From the human T2T-CHM13v2.0 reference genome, Homo sapiens: a stretch of 64,000 nt of DNA. The DNA lies in assembly GCF_009914755.1 (NCBI RefSeq), contig NC_060926.1. One strand, given 5' to 3'. The notes under the pieces are model-generated. The model searched no databases. It had not been told where the DNA came from and saw nothing but the letters and a program-made list of their open reading frames with translations. This document shows, piece by piece, positions 44,372-58,552 of the stretch (position 1 is the first letter of the stretch; each line of letters opens with the position of its first letter). The position numbers were made by a program, and so were the translations under genes.

Positions 44372-45811
44372 ACAATGAGATCACATGGACACAGGAAGGG
44401 GAATATCACACTCTGGGGACTGTGGTGGGGTCGGGGGAGGGGGGGAGGGATAGCACTGGGAGATATACCTAATGCTAGATGACGAGTTAGTGGGTGCAGC
44501 GCACCAGCATGGCACATGTATACATATGTAACTAACCTGCACAATGTGCACATGTACCCTAAAACTTAAAGTATAATAATAAAAAAAATAAAAATAAAAA
44601 TCAAAAAAGAAAATTAAAAAAAAAAAAAAAAAGAAAACCCCAGGATGCAGTTGTGCATCTCACATAGAGGCGGATCCTTGAGCAGTTGTGAAGAGAAGGA
44701 GGGAAAAATACAGAATCTCTCTTCAATATTTTCTTTAGTCAAAGAATGTTATTATCTTTTGAAAATCAAACAACCTCTTCTTACCTCTCTAGCTTCATGT
44801 CTCATCCACAGCCCCTTCATCAACCGGTTAGTTCATCCAGTATTTTAGTTAATTTCAATCTGAAATATATATCATGCCCTCAGTTCCTGAAATACTGCTA
44901 TTCTGGTTCCTCCTGCCTGGAGTGTACTGCTTAGCCTTTTTTTTGGACTGATTAACTGCTGCTTTAAACTCTACCTTCAGTGTGGCACCTTCAGTGCCCC
45001 AAAAGCCTGAGTTAGTTGATCCCCCAGTAAGTTCCCCCATTTCAGCCTATATGAACCATTCTGTACATTTCTTACATTTCTTTATAGGAAGTAAATACTT
45101 TGGCACATAGTAAGCACTCAGATTTCTATCTAGCATATAACACTAAATAAATGTTAGCTATTATTATTCCCTTACTATTTTGTAGTTATCTGATTCCTTG
45201 ATATTCCCCCTCACCAAAATCTCAGCTAGATTCTGTCTTGTTCACCAATGCAATCTCTTACCTAGCACAGCTCCAGGCACATGGTATTTCAGTTATTACA
45301 CATATCCATTGGTATTTTCATTTAATAGTTTCTCTTCTCCCCAATAAGACACCCCATCAAAGCCCCAAACAAAATTCTTCTTTCAAAAGTACAAAACAAA
45401 GGAGAAGTGGGAAGAAGAGGATGAGACAAGACCTGGTGCAAGTAGAAAACTGTGAGACTTCCCATTACCATAAACAATGGAGAGGTAGTTTTGATTTTGT
45501 GGAGCCTGTTATAGATTAGCGTGTGTGTGATTCTTTTTAATACTACGGTTTTGAGTGTATTGTTTGATCTGAGTTCCTGTTTGTGTTTCACAAGAGGAGA
45601 TACATACTTCAAGAATATTTAGGTCTATAATTTAAATAGGATACTCTTTATTTGTTTTCAGAATTTGTGTTTAAGAGTTTCCTTTTCAAGGCTTTCGGGT
45701 GAATCCCAGAGATAACTGATATAAATTGAGATCTCCTTCCAGTTTCTCATCCATAAAAGGGGAAAATGATAATAATTATTTCATGGAGTTCTTAAGAAGT
45801 AAGGTCGGCTA

Positions 45812-46560
<749 letters not shown>

Positions 46561-46574
<14 letters not shown>

Positions 46575-46640
46575 GAAGGTCCAGTGAATTAATACACACA
46601 AGGAAACTACTACAGAAGGTCCAGTGAATTAATACACACA
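46561..46640. repeat. Perfect 40-bp tandem duplication
   Basis: aggaaactactacagaaggtccagtgaattaatacacaca occurs twice. Confidence 0.97.
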
Positions 46641-47345
46641 GGGCACAGCACCAGTTCCTGGAATATTCTCATTCATATACTCATTCATTCAACAAATATA
46701 AGTATCTCCCAAGTCCTAGGTCTATTATTATACTAAGAATATGGGAGCAGAGGAAGGGGAGTTAACTTTGAGGAAATTATACTCATAATTTTACACAGCA
46801 TTTTGTGAGATGGAGAGTTTCTCCACCCCTGATTGACTAGCTCTACTTTGTGTTGCTATTGAAATGCTTTTCTTTCTATGGTGAAACCCACCCCTCCCCT
46901 TCCCCGAGACATTCATTTGCAATTTCTACACATACCCACATTCTAAAGCTTCTCCTCTTCACATCCTCACCAACCCCCACTTCCAGGGTAATCCCCAACT
47001 TGACCCCAAATATACAAATCTCTAAAGATGTGGCAAATACGAAGAGGCTACTGCTCCTTACAAAGCATTAGTAGGATTTCTCTCAACAAAAAAGCAAGCT
47101 AGCCTTTCTGCTAATTTTGCCCAGTCTGTCTACATTCTGGAACATCATTTTTAAACTGGATATAGGTACTTGATCCTTGTTCACATTTATCAGTTATATA
47201 TATTTTTTTGACTTTAGTCCATATAAATGACTCCTTCCCATGGGAAAGAGCAGAGGTTTTAGTAATTTTATCATGGGAACACCCTCCTCAGCAACTGAGA
47301 CTGACTCTAATGCAATCCACCTCATGAAAGGAAGGTCATTTTCTT

Positions 47346-47510
47346 GTTTCATATGATGCTGAAAAGAGGCATGTTTGTTGTGAGCTAACAAGAAAAACTA
47401 ACAGAAAATGAAAAAAAGACGTATACTTCGTGCCAAAATAGCACATCACATTGCACGTCGCATCCTAGCAAGCAAGCACTGTTTCTAATTTTTTTAAATG
47501 CAGAAATAAA
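47346..47510 (+). repeat. Diverged direct repeat, copy 1 (unclassified)
   Basis: Aligns with 49116-49285 through shared blocks ttgtgagctaaca, agaaaatg, gtatacttc, aaaatag, attgcac, agcaagcactgtttctaatttt and aatgcagaaa. Confidence 0.88.
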
Positions 47511-49115
47511 TCATTTTTAAAATTATTTTAAAATCCTCATAACAGAAAGTAGAAAACAAAGTTTGAAACACTATGCATGGTACCTGCTACAGTGTTGAAC
47601 ATAACATCTTGCCCCAAGTAGGATTTATATTATGAGAACCCATAGCATCCATATCATATTTACCTATGTCACTGCAACAGATATGTCCTGTTCTTTTGTT
47701 GTTTAAACTTATTCCTTGCTTTTATAAAATATATTTTTCATCAGCAGTTTCTTCTTCTACCTATATTTTGTAAGGAGCCCTGGAAGAGATGTTTCTTTCA
47801 GGAAGTGACTGTTATGACAGAATTATAAACAGCCAAACGTATCTAGATTAATATAAACGTCCTGCATGTGACAATTTGCCCCCACCAGAAGCGATTTTTT
47901 AACAAGATTGAGCAATTTACCTGAGAAAAACATTTGACAGAGACAGAAACTGTGTCACTTGTCCAAAGGGAGGACACAGATAAATATTTTCATCTGGCTC
48001 CTGCTCAGTGCCTGACTCTAAGCTACACATCATTCATGTTTTTATTCATCACCTTACTATTTGAGCCAACATGAGCAAACTGCAAAGCTCAAGAGGGTGC
48101 ACTCAGGCTCACCTCGTGGACAGTTGATCTGATGGACACCAAGGACCTGGACAAATGGATTCATTCAGTTCAGGAAGAAAAGTGAGTCAGAAGAAAGTAA
48201 TAATATTGACTATCAAGCAATGCTAGGGTGGGTAGCTCTGTCTTTTTCTAAATCTTGGAATCAGACTGGGGTCATTGATTCTAATTAGCAACAGACCAGC
48301 TCCTTATCCCACGCAGGTCCTGTGGAGCTGAAGAAAATGCACCTGGTCTGCCAAGTCAGAGCTTGCATTTAATTTGGGGAGGGAAATGTGGAGACTACAC
48401 TTGGCCAAATCCTCCTGCCAAGCTCTGTCTAGGGCATCAGACAGCCAAAAGAGGGTAGAGGATGGGTAAAAAGTAAGGCAGAGTAGTCAGGGAGGACATA
48501 TAAGTTATGAAGCTAGACAAAGCTGCAGGGAAATGTATGATAAGAAAAAGGTGAAAGAGGTAGGGAAGCACCAGAAAATCCAAGGTGATAAAATCAAAGA
48601 CAACTTTTCAAAGGACATCACTTTGTTCCCTGCTATTGTCTTGGGCTTCCTACTTTCATAGCAATCTACAGATCATTTAATCACTTAACATTTACCAAAC
48701 ACCTACAACAGGCCACGCACTGTAAGAGGAACTTTGCTTTTACCGTTTTGCTTAATTCTTGCAGTAATCCTCTGTGCTTGGCTATTTTACATATAAGTTT
48801 GAGGTTTAGAAAAAAAGTAAGTCCCACCTCTAGTTAATTGCAAGGTCATAATTCAGTTCTAGGTTTGTCTGACTCCAAAGCTCATACATTTTCCACTATA
48901 CCAATAGTGTAAAAATAGTAAGAGAGTGCCTCATCAACTTCTGCAAGGGGGAAATATTTTTAATCAATACTTTAATGGAAAGGCCAGTGCTGGAACAATG
49001 TATCACTTTAGGGAAAATCCCTCTGAGATGGAGGTCCAGAAAAACATGCTGCTCGTTTTAATACTACTTGTGAAATTTCCAATAGGGGAAATTTGGGGGG
49101 ATCTATTTCTCAAAA

Positions 49116-49285
49116 GTTTCATGTGATAGAACACCTGAAAACAGGAATGTTCATTGTGAGCTAACATAAAAAACTGACGTAGAAAATGCAAAATAAATGT
49201 ATACTTCATGCTAAAATAGGCATGATTGCACATCACATTGTAGCTAGCAAGCACTGTTTCTAATTTTAAAGAATGCAGAAAAAAA
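49116..49285 (+). repeat. Diverged direct repeat, copy 2 (unclassified)
   Basis: Same blocks in the same order as 47346-47510. Confidence 0.88.
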
Positions 49286-49989
49286 ACAAAATCGAGAAAA
49301 TAATGCATTGAGTTTACTCTATCCCACATTAGGATACCAGGTTTTCGCACAAAATTTGGGAACCTGTACTTAAGAGAATGGCTTGTCCTACAATCGGCTT
49401 GAAGTTTTGAAATGCAGGGTGAGCAGGTAGTGATAGGAAAAAAGTTACCAAAATTCTCAATTCCCAGAAGTTTCTAATTACCAGAAGTTTGAAATTCTCA
49501 CAAAGAAGTGCAAATCCTCACCTGACTGAACATGGTTAGAAATCTGAACTTACTAAAATTTATAGATTATTAGAGTATAATAGAGCATGGAGAGAATGTA
49601 GCAGTGCAACTAGAAAAAAAAAACTATTTTGTTAATAGCTATTAAGTTTCATGTTGGTTTTTTTTTGAGTTTCCTATGTATTTCTCAGTGGCTGTAATTT
49701 TTTTCTCAAACTTTTAGAACACATGCCTTTTGATGATTCTAAATGTATTCATTTGAACTCTAAGAAAAACTCCAACATTCATATTTACAGTACCTTCATT
49801 CGGAAGTGTGTTCCCCACCAAAATCACTAATAACTGGAAGCTTCAAATTACCTTTGGACTCCCTTTACCAGTAATGACATATTGTAAAGTTTTGACTTTT
49901 AGAAACTGAGTTATAAAGAAATAATTATTGTGTCACTGTTGTGTCCAATATTCTCCATTTTGCCTACAAATTCTTTTCTTCTCTGTTCC

Positions 49990-50840
49990 ATATCCCACAG
50001 CCTGGTGTCCTCAAATTCCCTTACAGGGGCTCTCTTGCTCCTAGTTTCTAGTGTGGTTCAGCCAATGAGAGGCATCCGGTGGGAAATCAGAGAGTGGGAG
50101 GAGGGATAGGTTGTGCTCCATGTCGCCCTTGCTTCCTCTCCATGAGCAGTGTTGGCCGTGGCTTTTCCCTGGAGCCCACTATCCAATGGTGTATTTGTTT
50201 CTGAGGGTTGCCACAACAAATTACCACAAAATAGGAGGCTCAAAACAATAGTAATATACTCTTTTCAAGTTCTGAAGGCTAGGAGTCTGGAATCAAGGTA
50301 TCAGGAGGTCTGTGCTCCCAACAAAGGCTCTGGAGAGAGTCCTTCTTTGCTCTTTCAGCTTCTGGTGGTTCCAGGCATTTCTTGGCCTGTGGCTACATAA
50401 CTCCCACCTTTGTCCCTGTCTTCACATGGACTTCTCTCCTTTCTAAGCACGTGTATTCTCTTCTTTTATAAGGACAGCTGTCATTGGATTTAGGGCCCAC
50501 TTGATCCCACCAGGATGATCCCACCTTGAGAACCTTAATTACCTCTTCAAAGACTTTTTCCGGGTAAAGTCACATCTACAGGTTTCAGGTGAACGTATCT
50601 GTCAAGGATCCTCCATTCAACCCACTATAAATGACTATAGCTCTGACGAGTCCTGGTCTTTGTTGTCTCTTCCTCTCCTCTGGGCTCCCTGCTATTGCCA
50701 GGTCCTCCATACTTCATCATCCCTTGTCGAGAGACCCCCTTAACTCTTCCCAGAGCTATGAAAAGAAATGCCTGCACGAAACTTTCTTCTACTTGCATTA
50801 AACTTATTATTTTAAGTATACATGGACCCTGACTAAGATA
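49990..50840 (+). mobile_element. ERVL LTR, LTR16A-like, interrupted by MLT1C
   Basis: ggttcagccaatgagaggcatccggtgggaaatcagagagtgggaggag; ends ggaccctgactaagata. Confidence 0.65.
50190..50629 (-). mobile_element. MaLR solo LTR, MLT1C-like
   Basis: tgtatttgtttctgagggttgccacaacaaattaccacaaa...cattggatttagggcccac...attcaacccactata, flanked by aatgg/aatga. Confidence 0.88.
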
Positions 50841-51260
50841 GTAATATAAATTATATATTACAGTGCTGAAGATGCATTTGAAAAACTAAACACAATCTTA
50901 TCAACTGAGATTATGACATTATTTCCCAGTCTCAGCCCACCCTGCCCTTAATGGAATACATCTTCCATGACTCATTCAGTAGAATTCACCACTTAAAATT
51001 TGGGAAAGCACCTATAAAAAAGCCAAACGGGCAGAGCTTCTGCTGTATTACAGTGAGATATTTTCCATTTGGGCACATGGTAGGAAAAAAGGGGATAATC
51101 TTTATAATGAAACTCTCCCCACCCTCCAAAGCATAATGAACTTCCATGAATATATTTACATATGTTTTAACCACCCCCCACCTCATAACAGAAAAATTCA
51201 GGCAACTAAACTCTAGCAAAATGGATTGTTTGGCACCATGAAGATCAATCACCTTATCTA

Positions 51261-51342
51261 TAAGGTTGGTGCAAAAGTAATTGCAGTTTTTGCAATTAGA
51301 AGTAATGACAAAAAAATGCAATTACTTTTGCTTCAAACCTGA
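51261..51342. mobile_element. MADE1 MITE
   Basis: aggttggtgcaaaagtaattgcagtttttgc...tgcaattacttttgcttcaaacct with TA on both flanks. Confidence 0.93.
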
Positions 51343-53103
51343 TATCACCCTTCACAATTTTAAAATTATCTCTTTAATTCTGTGAGAACAGAAACTTATA
51401 CTCATTTGCGTTTTCACTCCTTTTTGGTGCTTAAACATTCAATTTTTTTCTCTCATTGCGATATCAGCTCTACAGAAACACATATTCAATGCATTTTATT
51501 TGCCAAATTAAAAAAAATTCTGGCATAACACTTCCTTTAGAAATTATCTTTTTAGAAAAAAATACTAATTTTCTCACTTTTAGAATAAATGAGTTGATGA
51601 GTTGGACTAGATGATTTGATCTATAAGGCTGCTTTCTGGAGTATCTTGGGATTTACATAAATTGGCCCATGGAACTGAGCTCCTCTATCATGTCATTACC
51701 ATGATGTCACAAGGAATCCTAAGGCCCTGAGGGCTCCCATTGAATAAGGCAAAGTTGTTTAACTTTCCAACTAAACTTAAAAAGTGTTGTATGTGTCTGG
51801 ATTAAATTCTATTCATGGAATCTGCCTCCTGCTGATAAAGGCCAAAACTGGTCTAAAACTCCCTGTGGCCACTGCTTTAGCAAGTTCCAATCAAACATCC
51901 CACCACACCAGTACAAAAACAAGCAAATGCACAGAGATAGGCCTTATGACTACCCCTGGATTTCCCCTGTTCTGTGGTACTTAACCCTATCAAATTCCAT
52001 TTGCTTCACATTCCAGGCCATGCTTCTTCCTGCCAGGTGTGTGTACCTGAAGAAACTGGATGCAAATAGTCTATTGAAACTATGCTGTTAGCAGAAGGTC
52101 TATGTCATCATTCATTCATTCATTCATGCCAAATCTCCCAAGCATGTCATTTGTATCTTCAGAAATAATGCTTACTATTTCCTAGACAAACTTCCAATAT
52201 GGTATCATCTCTTAAAAATATCTAAATTGAATCTTCCCTATATGGTTTTCACATAACAACTTAAAGGGAGTAGTGAAAGAAAAATGATATTTAGCAAATG
52301 GAGAAAACGCATACACAAATGTGCATATCCATGCATATACATATGCATATGTGAAATATGTGTGTATATATTTAAAATTATGGTTTGAAGGGCGTTTGCC
52401 AAAATTCAGGGCTTTGTGTAAAAATAGCTCTATGTCTGCATCAGTTAGTTTCTCTTGGAAACTTTAAAAAAATATAATATTTTTTGATGGCTTTACCCTG
52501 CACTGGCCAGCTACATTAAGATAACAGTAAACTACATTCTTATGGCTGTCATAACATTTAGCTTGGTGCTGCTTGCAATGTGAGTAATCTATTAAGATAT
52601 ATAAGGTGCAAAATGCTGCCTTTGTGTCTTGGAGTTCTAGCTATCAGCTGTAAAAACCAAGTGCAATTACTGCCAGTGTGGGGCCTGGCTGCTTTCCACC
52701 ACAGACCTCATTGGCCAAAGGGTTTGCAGCGGTGACCCCTGGCAGCCTTGGCCACTGCCACTGGGGCCGCCCAGAGCTCCTTCTCCTCGTCTCTCTTCCC
52801 TCCACTCCCTCCCCTTTCCTCTTTCTTGCCTGTCATCAATCTTACTAAAATGACAGCAGACAGATGTTAGCCTTTGCAAAGATCAAATGAAATCTATGGC
52901 TCTGGGGCTGTTCACCAAGGAGCAAAGCAGTCTACACCCGATGCAGGCACTCGCACCGGCAAAAACCCACCTAGAATCAATTTGCTAGTAACTGCAAGTG
53001 TCTCTCCATAGGCATGGGCCATTCAGAAATGGATTTTGGCAAAATGTTGTGCTTTGGTTGCTTCAGAGAGGTTTGGAGATGGACGGTCAGAGTTTTTTAC
53101 AAG

Positions 53104-53139
53104 AGTGTGTGTGTGTGTGTGTCTGCGTGTGTGTGTGTG
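53104..53139. repeat. Interrupted (GT)n microsatellite
   Basis: Directly visible. Confidence 0.9.
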
Positions 53140-54721
53140 GACATGGATTTGAAAACAATTACTAACGCTCAGTTTCAAGAAGACAGTATTTAGTTTGGCC
53201 ACAAACTCATGGTTTTTAACCCCTTCTTCCAAAAGTTGAACTGTACCAAGGGCCCTCCTGCCACTTGCCCTTGAGTTTTCAAATTTCTCTTACTGAGAAA
53301 ACATTACTCCATAGTGTAACTATGCTGAATGTGCCCTTGTCTCATGCAATTTCTTTACATCAATGTACAGGACTATTTATCCCCAATAGAAATGTTTACC
53401 TAATCTGGAAAATGTCAGGCCATATGGTGTACATTGCACGAATTTCATCCATTCTTTTTAACTCTTTCTGAAAGTCTTTTTCTCCCTGCTGCCCCTTTGT
53501 TGTGGACCAGGCAGAAATGATTAAAGGGGGATAGAAATCAGAAGAGAGGGGGCAGGATGGAAAGGAAGCCGGGAGAAGCACAGATGGGCATGGGGGAGGT
53601 TTCTTCCTTTGCTGAATGCCACATCTCATAGACCAAAGGCCAAAGAAATCTCAGGATTGAAGCAACCTTTGTACGAAGTTAGAGCAAATCTACAATAAGA
53701 AAACAAATCACATCACCAGTGACCTAAAGATAAATATGATACATTATTAATAACAACAATCCCACAGGCTACCTGAAATTTAGAAAGATCAAATCACCTT
53801 TAGGCTATTTCCCTCATCACTTCCTAGAAATAATGAAGTCGTAACTGCATGAAGAAAAGAGCAACCCTCCGGTACTTTGAGCTGAAGCAAATGTTTCTGT
53901 AACGTATCTTTCTACAGTATCTTGGTAAAAGATAGATAGCTATTTAAAATAAGCGATATCAAGGAAGAATAAACTATTATGTTTGTGCCAATGCTTATTC
54001 ATGGTTTTATAACAAGACATATCTGTTTTCTTCATATAAATCTTGACTCTATATTTAGAGTTTGCAAACAATGATTCTAGTTTTTGGCTGCCTGCCACTT
54101 CTGATAGAAAGCTGGGATAGCCGTACTACATTACTATAACATTAAAAAAACTCCCAAAATTCCATGTGCAGAACTTCCTAACAGGCAAGAGAAAAATATA
54201 AAGTATTCATATGTGTACAGAAGAGGAAGGAGGGCAAAGGGTTTCAAATTTCAAGGTGGGACCTGAGCATGTTACTTTTTAGTCAGTCTTCCTAAACCAA
54301 GGGTATCTTCCCCAACTGTAGACACTGAGTAGGAATCACCACCTCAGTTCTTTTCTGGACTTCATACCACTTTCATGACCTCTACTCTGTATTAGCCACT
54401 CAATTCTTAAACGATGGTTCAGCACCCACAAAACACTTGGCAAAGAGTGCCAATTTTAATAGTGTCAATAATAATGTCAAGTAATCTGATACATTTTAGA
54501 AGCTCAAGCTCCCTCTAAAAAATTCTTGTCTCCTCTTTTGTTTAACATCTAATAGTTCTGAAAACATTTAGGGGATACCAGAAAATTATTATTAACTTTT
54601 TTTGTTGTTGTTGTTATTGTTCTAGGGAAAGGGAAGAAGAAAGCAATAATCTCTAGGACAGGAAATTCTGTGGACTTTGTAATCTAGCAGTGTTTTTGGA
54701 GGTGTGGAGTTAGCTTGGGAG

Positions 54722-55300
54722 AGTTCATTCATTCAATTATAGTTTGCTCATTCATATATTTACTCAACCCATAAATGCGTGCTGCTTTCCCCAAGCACTC
54801 TGCTGAGTACTGAGGACACAAAGCTCAAAAGCAGGATCTCTCCCTCAAGGATTTCCCAGTAGAAGGAGAAAGACACCCAAATAAACAGGCTACTGCAGCC
54901 TGTTGATAGGTAGCACAGCCAGTGTGATAGGTAGCACAAGAGATGGATGCTTGGGGATCAGTAATCTCAGTGACCAAGAAAACCTAACTCTGCCTTGGAG
55001 TGTCAGGGAAGGATATTGAGAGGTGATATCTCCTAAGCTATATTAAAAAAAGAAAAGGCAACTGTGGCAAGCCAGGACAAGGACACAAGCATGTGAGTAG
55101 CTTGGTGTGGTCACATGGTGCAAAAGGTGGTGGGATGGTTGGAGGAGATTGTGGCAGCAGATGAGGCCAGTGAAGTAGAGAGTTAAATCCTGAAAAGCCT
55201 TTTGGTCGTCTAGAATACTGTGGCTGAGGTGAAAAGACTTCAGCAGCTGTTATGGAGCCACCAAAATTCTGAGCAGAAAAATTCTGATGGGAATTATAGG
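54722..55300 (-). mobile_element. L2 3' fragment
   Basis: ttcattcattcaa...aagcactctgctgagtactgaggacacaaag...gtcagggaagg...gaggtgatatct. Confidence 0.6.
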
Positions 55301-56342
55301 AAAGCATCAAAGGCCAATGATAGGAAATTATAGGAAAGGCCAGTCTTTCTTAACCTGCAAAAGACTTACATAGATACAAGAACTAAATGCAGTGGCTGAA
55401 TTGTAGCACAGTGCCAAGATTCAAGCCCATAATTTTACATCATACCAAAGTGAAAGATACCAACGGCCCTCAGTCTTGAGATTAATTCAGGAAAACACAA
55501 CTGACTCAGGCAAAATGAGAAAGGAAATTTTAGAAAAGGGGAAAAAATAGAGTGGGTAAGAAGTCACAACGAACCAGATTTTAGGAAAATCTTTATATTA
55601 GTCTGAATGAACTCCAGTCACTAAATTGGATGTATTACTAGTAAATTGTTTCTTACTGTAAAGGAGGAAAGGAAAGCAAGGGCAGCTGATTTAGAACCAG
55701 TCACTCTGACGAGAGTGAATAACCAACCTAGGTTATTTTAGACACCACAATTTCTAAATCACATCTAGGGAAGAAAAAATCAAATGCATTAGTCCCATTT
55801 ACAACCAATGTTGTTCAGCATATCAATTAAAGGCACAAAGTGCTTTCCCACATTCCTTCCACCCAATTTTCAAATATTTATTGGTGCATTATACTGAACA
55901 TTTCATCACAATTAGTGTGGAAGTGATACAAGGCCCATAGAACACACTGAGCTTTTCATTATGAAAGTGGATTGAGCAGGACAAAGACTAAAATGTTAAT
56001 ATCTTAAAAACAAGAGCATTAATTATTAAACAGAAGTAGTAATATATGGAATTATCTGAAAGAGAAATGGAATGTGCCATTTAGCCAGTTTTAAATTCCC
56101 TATTAGTGTATTTCTAATAACAGCCTTATTAAGTTATATAGATAGTTGAGAAATATATCACCAACTCAGATGTCATAAATAAGAGATTGTCAACAGACTC
56201 ACAAGTCAGAATTAGAATTCCACTTGGGTTACCTTGATCCTTATTTTGAATGACTCGGAATGAGGTGAAATTGAAAACAAAGAATAACTACAGTAAATTT
56301 TGAAATGTAGACTGATCTTCACAGCTAGATAAAATCCTGAAA

Positions 56343-56600
56343 CATAAAAAGAAGGAAGAAATGAATGGAGGAAGGAAGAAGAGAAAGAAAGAGAAACAGA
56401 AGGAGAGAAAGAATAGAAAGAGAGAGAAGGAAAGAGAGGAAAAAAAGAAAGGGAGAGAAAGTGAAAGAGAATGAGAGAGGAAGGAAGACAGAAGGGAGAA
56501 AAGGAGGGAGGAAAGGGGAGAAAAGGAGGGAAGGAAGGAAGGAAGAAAGGGAAGGAAGGAAGGAAGGAAGGAAAGAAGGCAAGGAGGGAGGGAGGAAGAC
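56343..56600. repeat. About 250-bp polypurine GA-rich tract with (GGAA)n
   Basis: Almost only A and G on the plus strand. Confidence 0.93.
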
Positions 56601-58433
56601 AGGCATGCAGACTGTGGTTCCTGGGTACTCTCAGCTCATAGATCTAATTGCCATGAAAATAACTATTTATAGAACCATTAAAATAGACAATGAAGAGTTG
56701 TGTATGTGTGTGTTTTAAATTCAATTAAACTCTTTATTATCTCTCAATGAATGTTTAAGGACCAAACACTAATGTTAACAAAGATAGAACCTATCTTTTT
56801 AAAATCCTTTTTGTCCACCCAGTACCTCTGTAAAATGTTCAGATATCTCAGGAGAAATTACACAAGAGTGTAAGTCACCCTCTTTCAATGTGTAAAAGCT
56901 TCCTTGTGAGTCTTTCTTTGCCCCCATCTGACTGCTGCTGTTTGTTCCTTAACAGATCTGGCTCTTGGAGCCAGAGGCAGAAGGGAGGAGCTGGGGAAGA
57001 CAGCCCAAGAAGGAAGCAGTAGAAAACGCCTTTCTCTCCTAAATACTTGCAAACATTAAGTGTTTAGTAATTCTTATGATGGAAAGGAACACTACTGAGA
57101 TCTTCATCTCAAATATATCAAACCGCCTTACCCGATTTATGTTACCAACTTAAACTTAGTTCTAGTCTCGTTTTTCCAATATGCTACACATCAGAATGAC
57201 TGCAAGCTATTTGACTTTAAATTTGCCTCCTCATATCATTCTAAAATTTACTCTATTGAGGTGCTTTGGAACAAAAACGTTTTTTCTTTATCAGTGTCCT
57301 TAAAGTTTGAAAAAGATGTCAAAATTGTACATTCTCATAATGGATTAAACATTGCCACCTATAGCTGATATCAGATTTTCTAAAAATGGTGTGTAAAAGA
57401 ACACTAATACCTCCAGAAAAATAACAAAAATGTCTAATTCAGTTCCTTCTTATTACTCAAGATGAGAACAAAATAATGATAATGAAGAAGTAACAATAAC
57501 TATGGAGCACAATATTTACTGAGCCAATCACTTCATGTGCATTAACTTATTTAATTATCATAGCTTCTGTAAGCGCCACTCTCTCTCGGATCAGCGGCCA
57601 GCCTGTTGCTACAGGAGCATCTGGGGGCTGCATAAAACTTCTAGGGTGGAATAAATGTCCCATCATGGGCTCTGGGCTCTGCACTGCAGTTCCTCAGGGG
57701 TTAATCCATGCCATTCCAAAGTTCAGTGAAGGGACAATCAGAACTCAACAGCGAGGATTTTAGAATGTTAATCGTTGGCTCTCCTCCGATGGGCCCAGAA
57801 CAAATGCAGTGTACAGTAAATTGTCCTTGTCAGCTCAGCTCACATGATGATATGCTTTATTTCTAGACATGCCTTGAATCTGTCCCCTGAATTTATGTTC
57901 AGAAAATAAACACTTCCAGACGGCAATAAAGCATTCAGTTGTGGCTGGCAATTGCACAGCCTCAGACCAACCAAAGTTCTTTTCTTGGGAGGTTTTAAGG
58001 GTTTGAGCAGTCTAGTTTCCAAAATCCTATTTCCTCCACTTACCAGCCTGGCACCAAAATGTGCTATTACAACCAGGACCCCAATGTCAGGACTGTTCCT
58101 CTTTTTGCTTTCCCATTTCTACTGTCTTTTTTTTTTTTTGTCCCTCACTCTCGCCTTTAAAATTTTTTGCTGCGAAGACTTGCACTTTGGGTCCCATTCA
58201 GGCAAAAATTTCCTTTATGGCCAAGTATTCAAATTTAAAGGAAGTTTGCTTAACAGTTAAGCAATGAATCTATTTTATTTATCAATTGTCATAAACCAAG
58301 ATATATTATAACTAGGAAATATAATCATGCTTCCCAAAATTTAGGTAGACACTTAGCACATTTATAATTTTCATCCATATATGAGTAGTATTTCTATTGT
58401 TATTTACTCTTTCATAAAATTACTTGAAACCAG

Positions 58434-58552
58434 GGCCAGGAGTGGTGGCTCACACCTGTAATCCTAGCACTTTGGGAGGCCAAGGCAGGAGAGGCCCAGG
58501 AGTTTGAGACCAGCTTGGGCAATACTGGGAGACCTGGAATATATTTTTTTAA
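58434..58552 (+). mobile_element. Alu left-monomer (FLAM-like) insertion with TSD
   Basis: ggccaggagtggtggctcacacctgtaatcc...cccaggagtttgagaccagcttgggcaa, with aaaattacttgaaa at 58416-58429 and 58553-58566. Confidence 0.85.

Noticed and set aside
47346-49285. Box C/D snoRNA pair as the identity of the duplicated segment
   Set aside because: TGAT and CTGA-like words are only a few bases apart, and I see no terminal box D or closing stem at snoRNA spacing.
54904-54938. Short imperfect repeats (tgataggtagcaca twice; also near 31083, 49460 and 55287)
   Set aside because: These are ordinary short slippage duplications with no further structure.
56325-56718. Arg/Glu/Lys-rich and Leu/Ser/Phe-rich ORFs
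   Set aside because: They are products of the GA-rich low-complexity tract.
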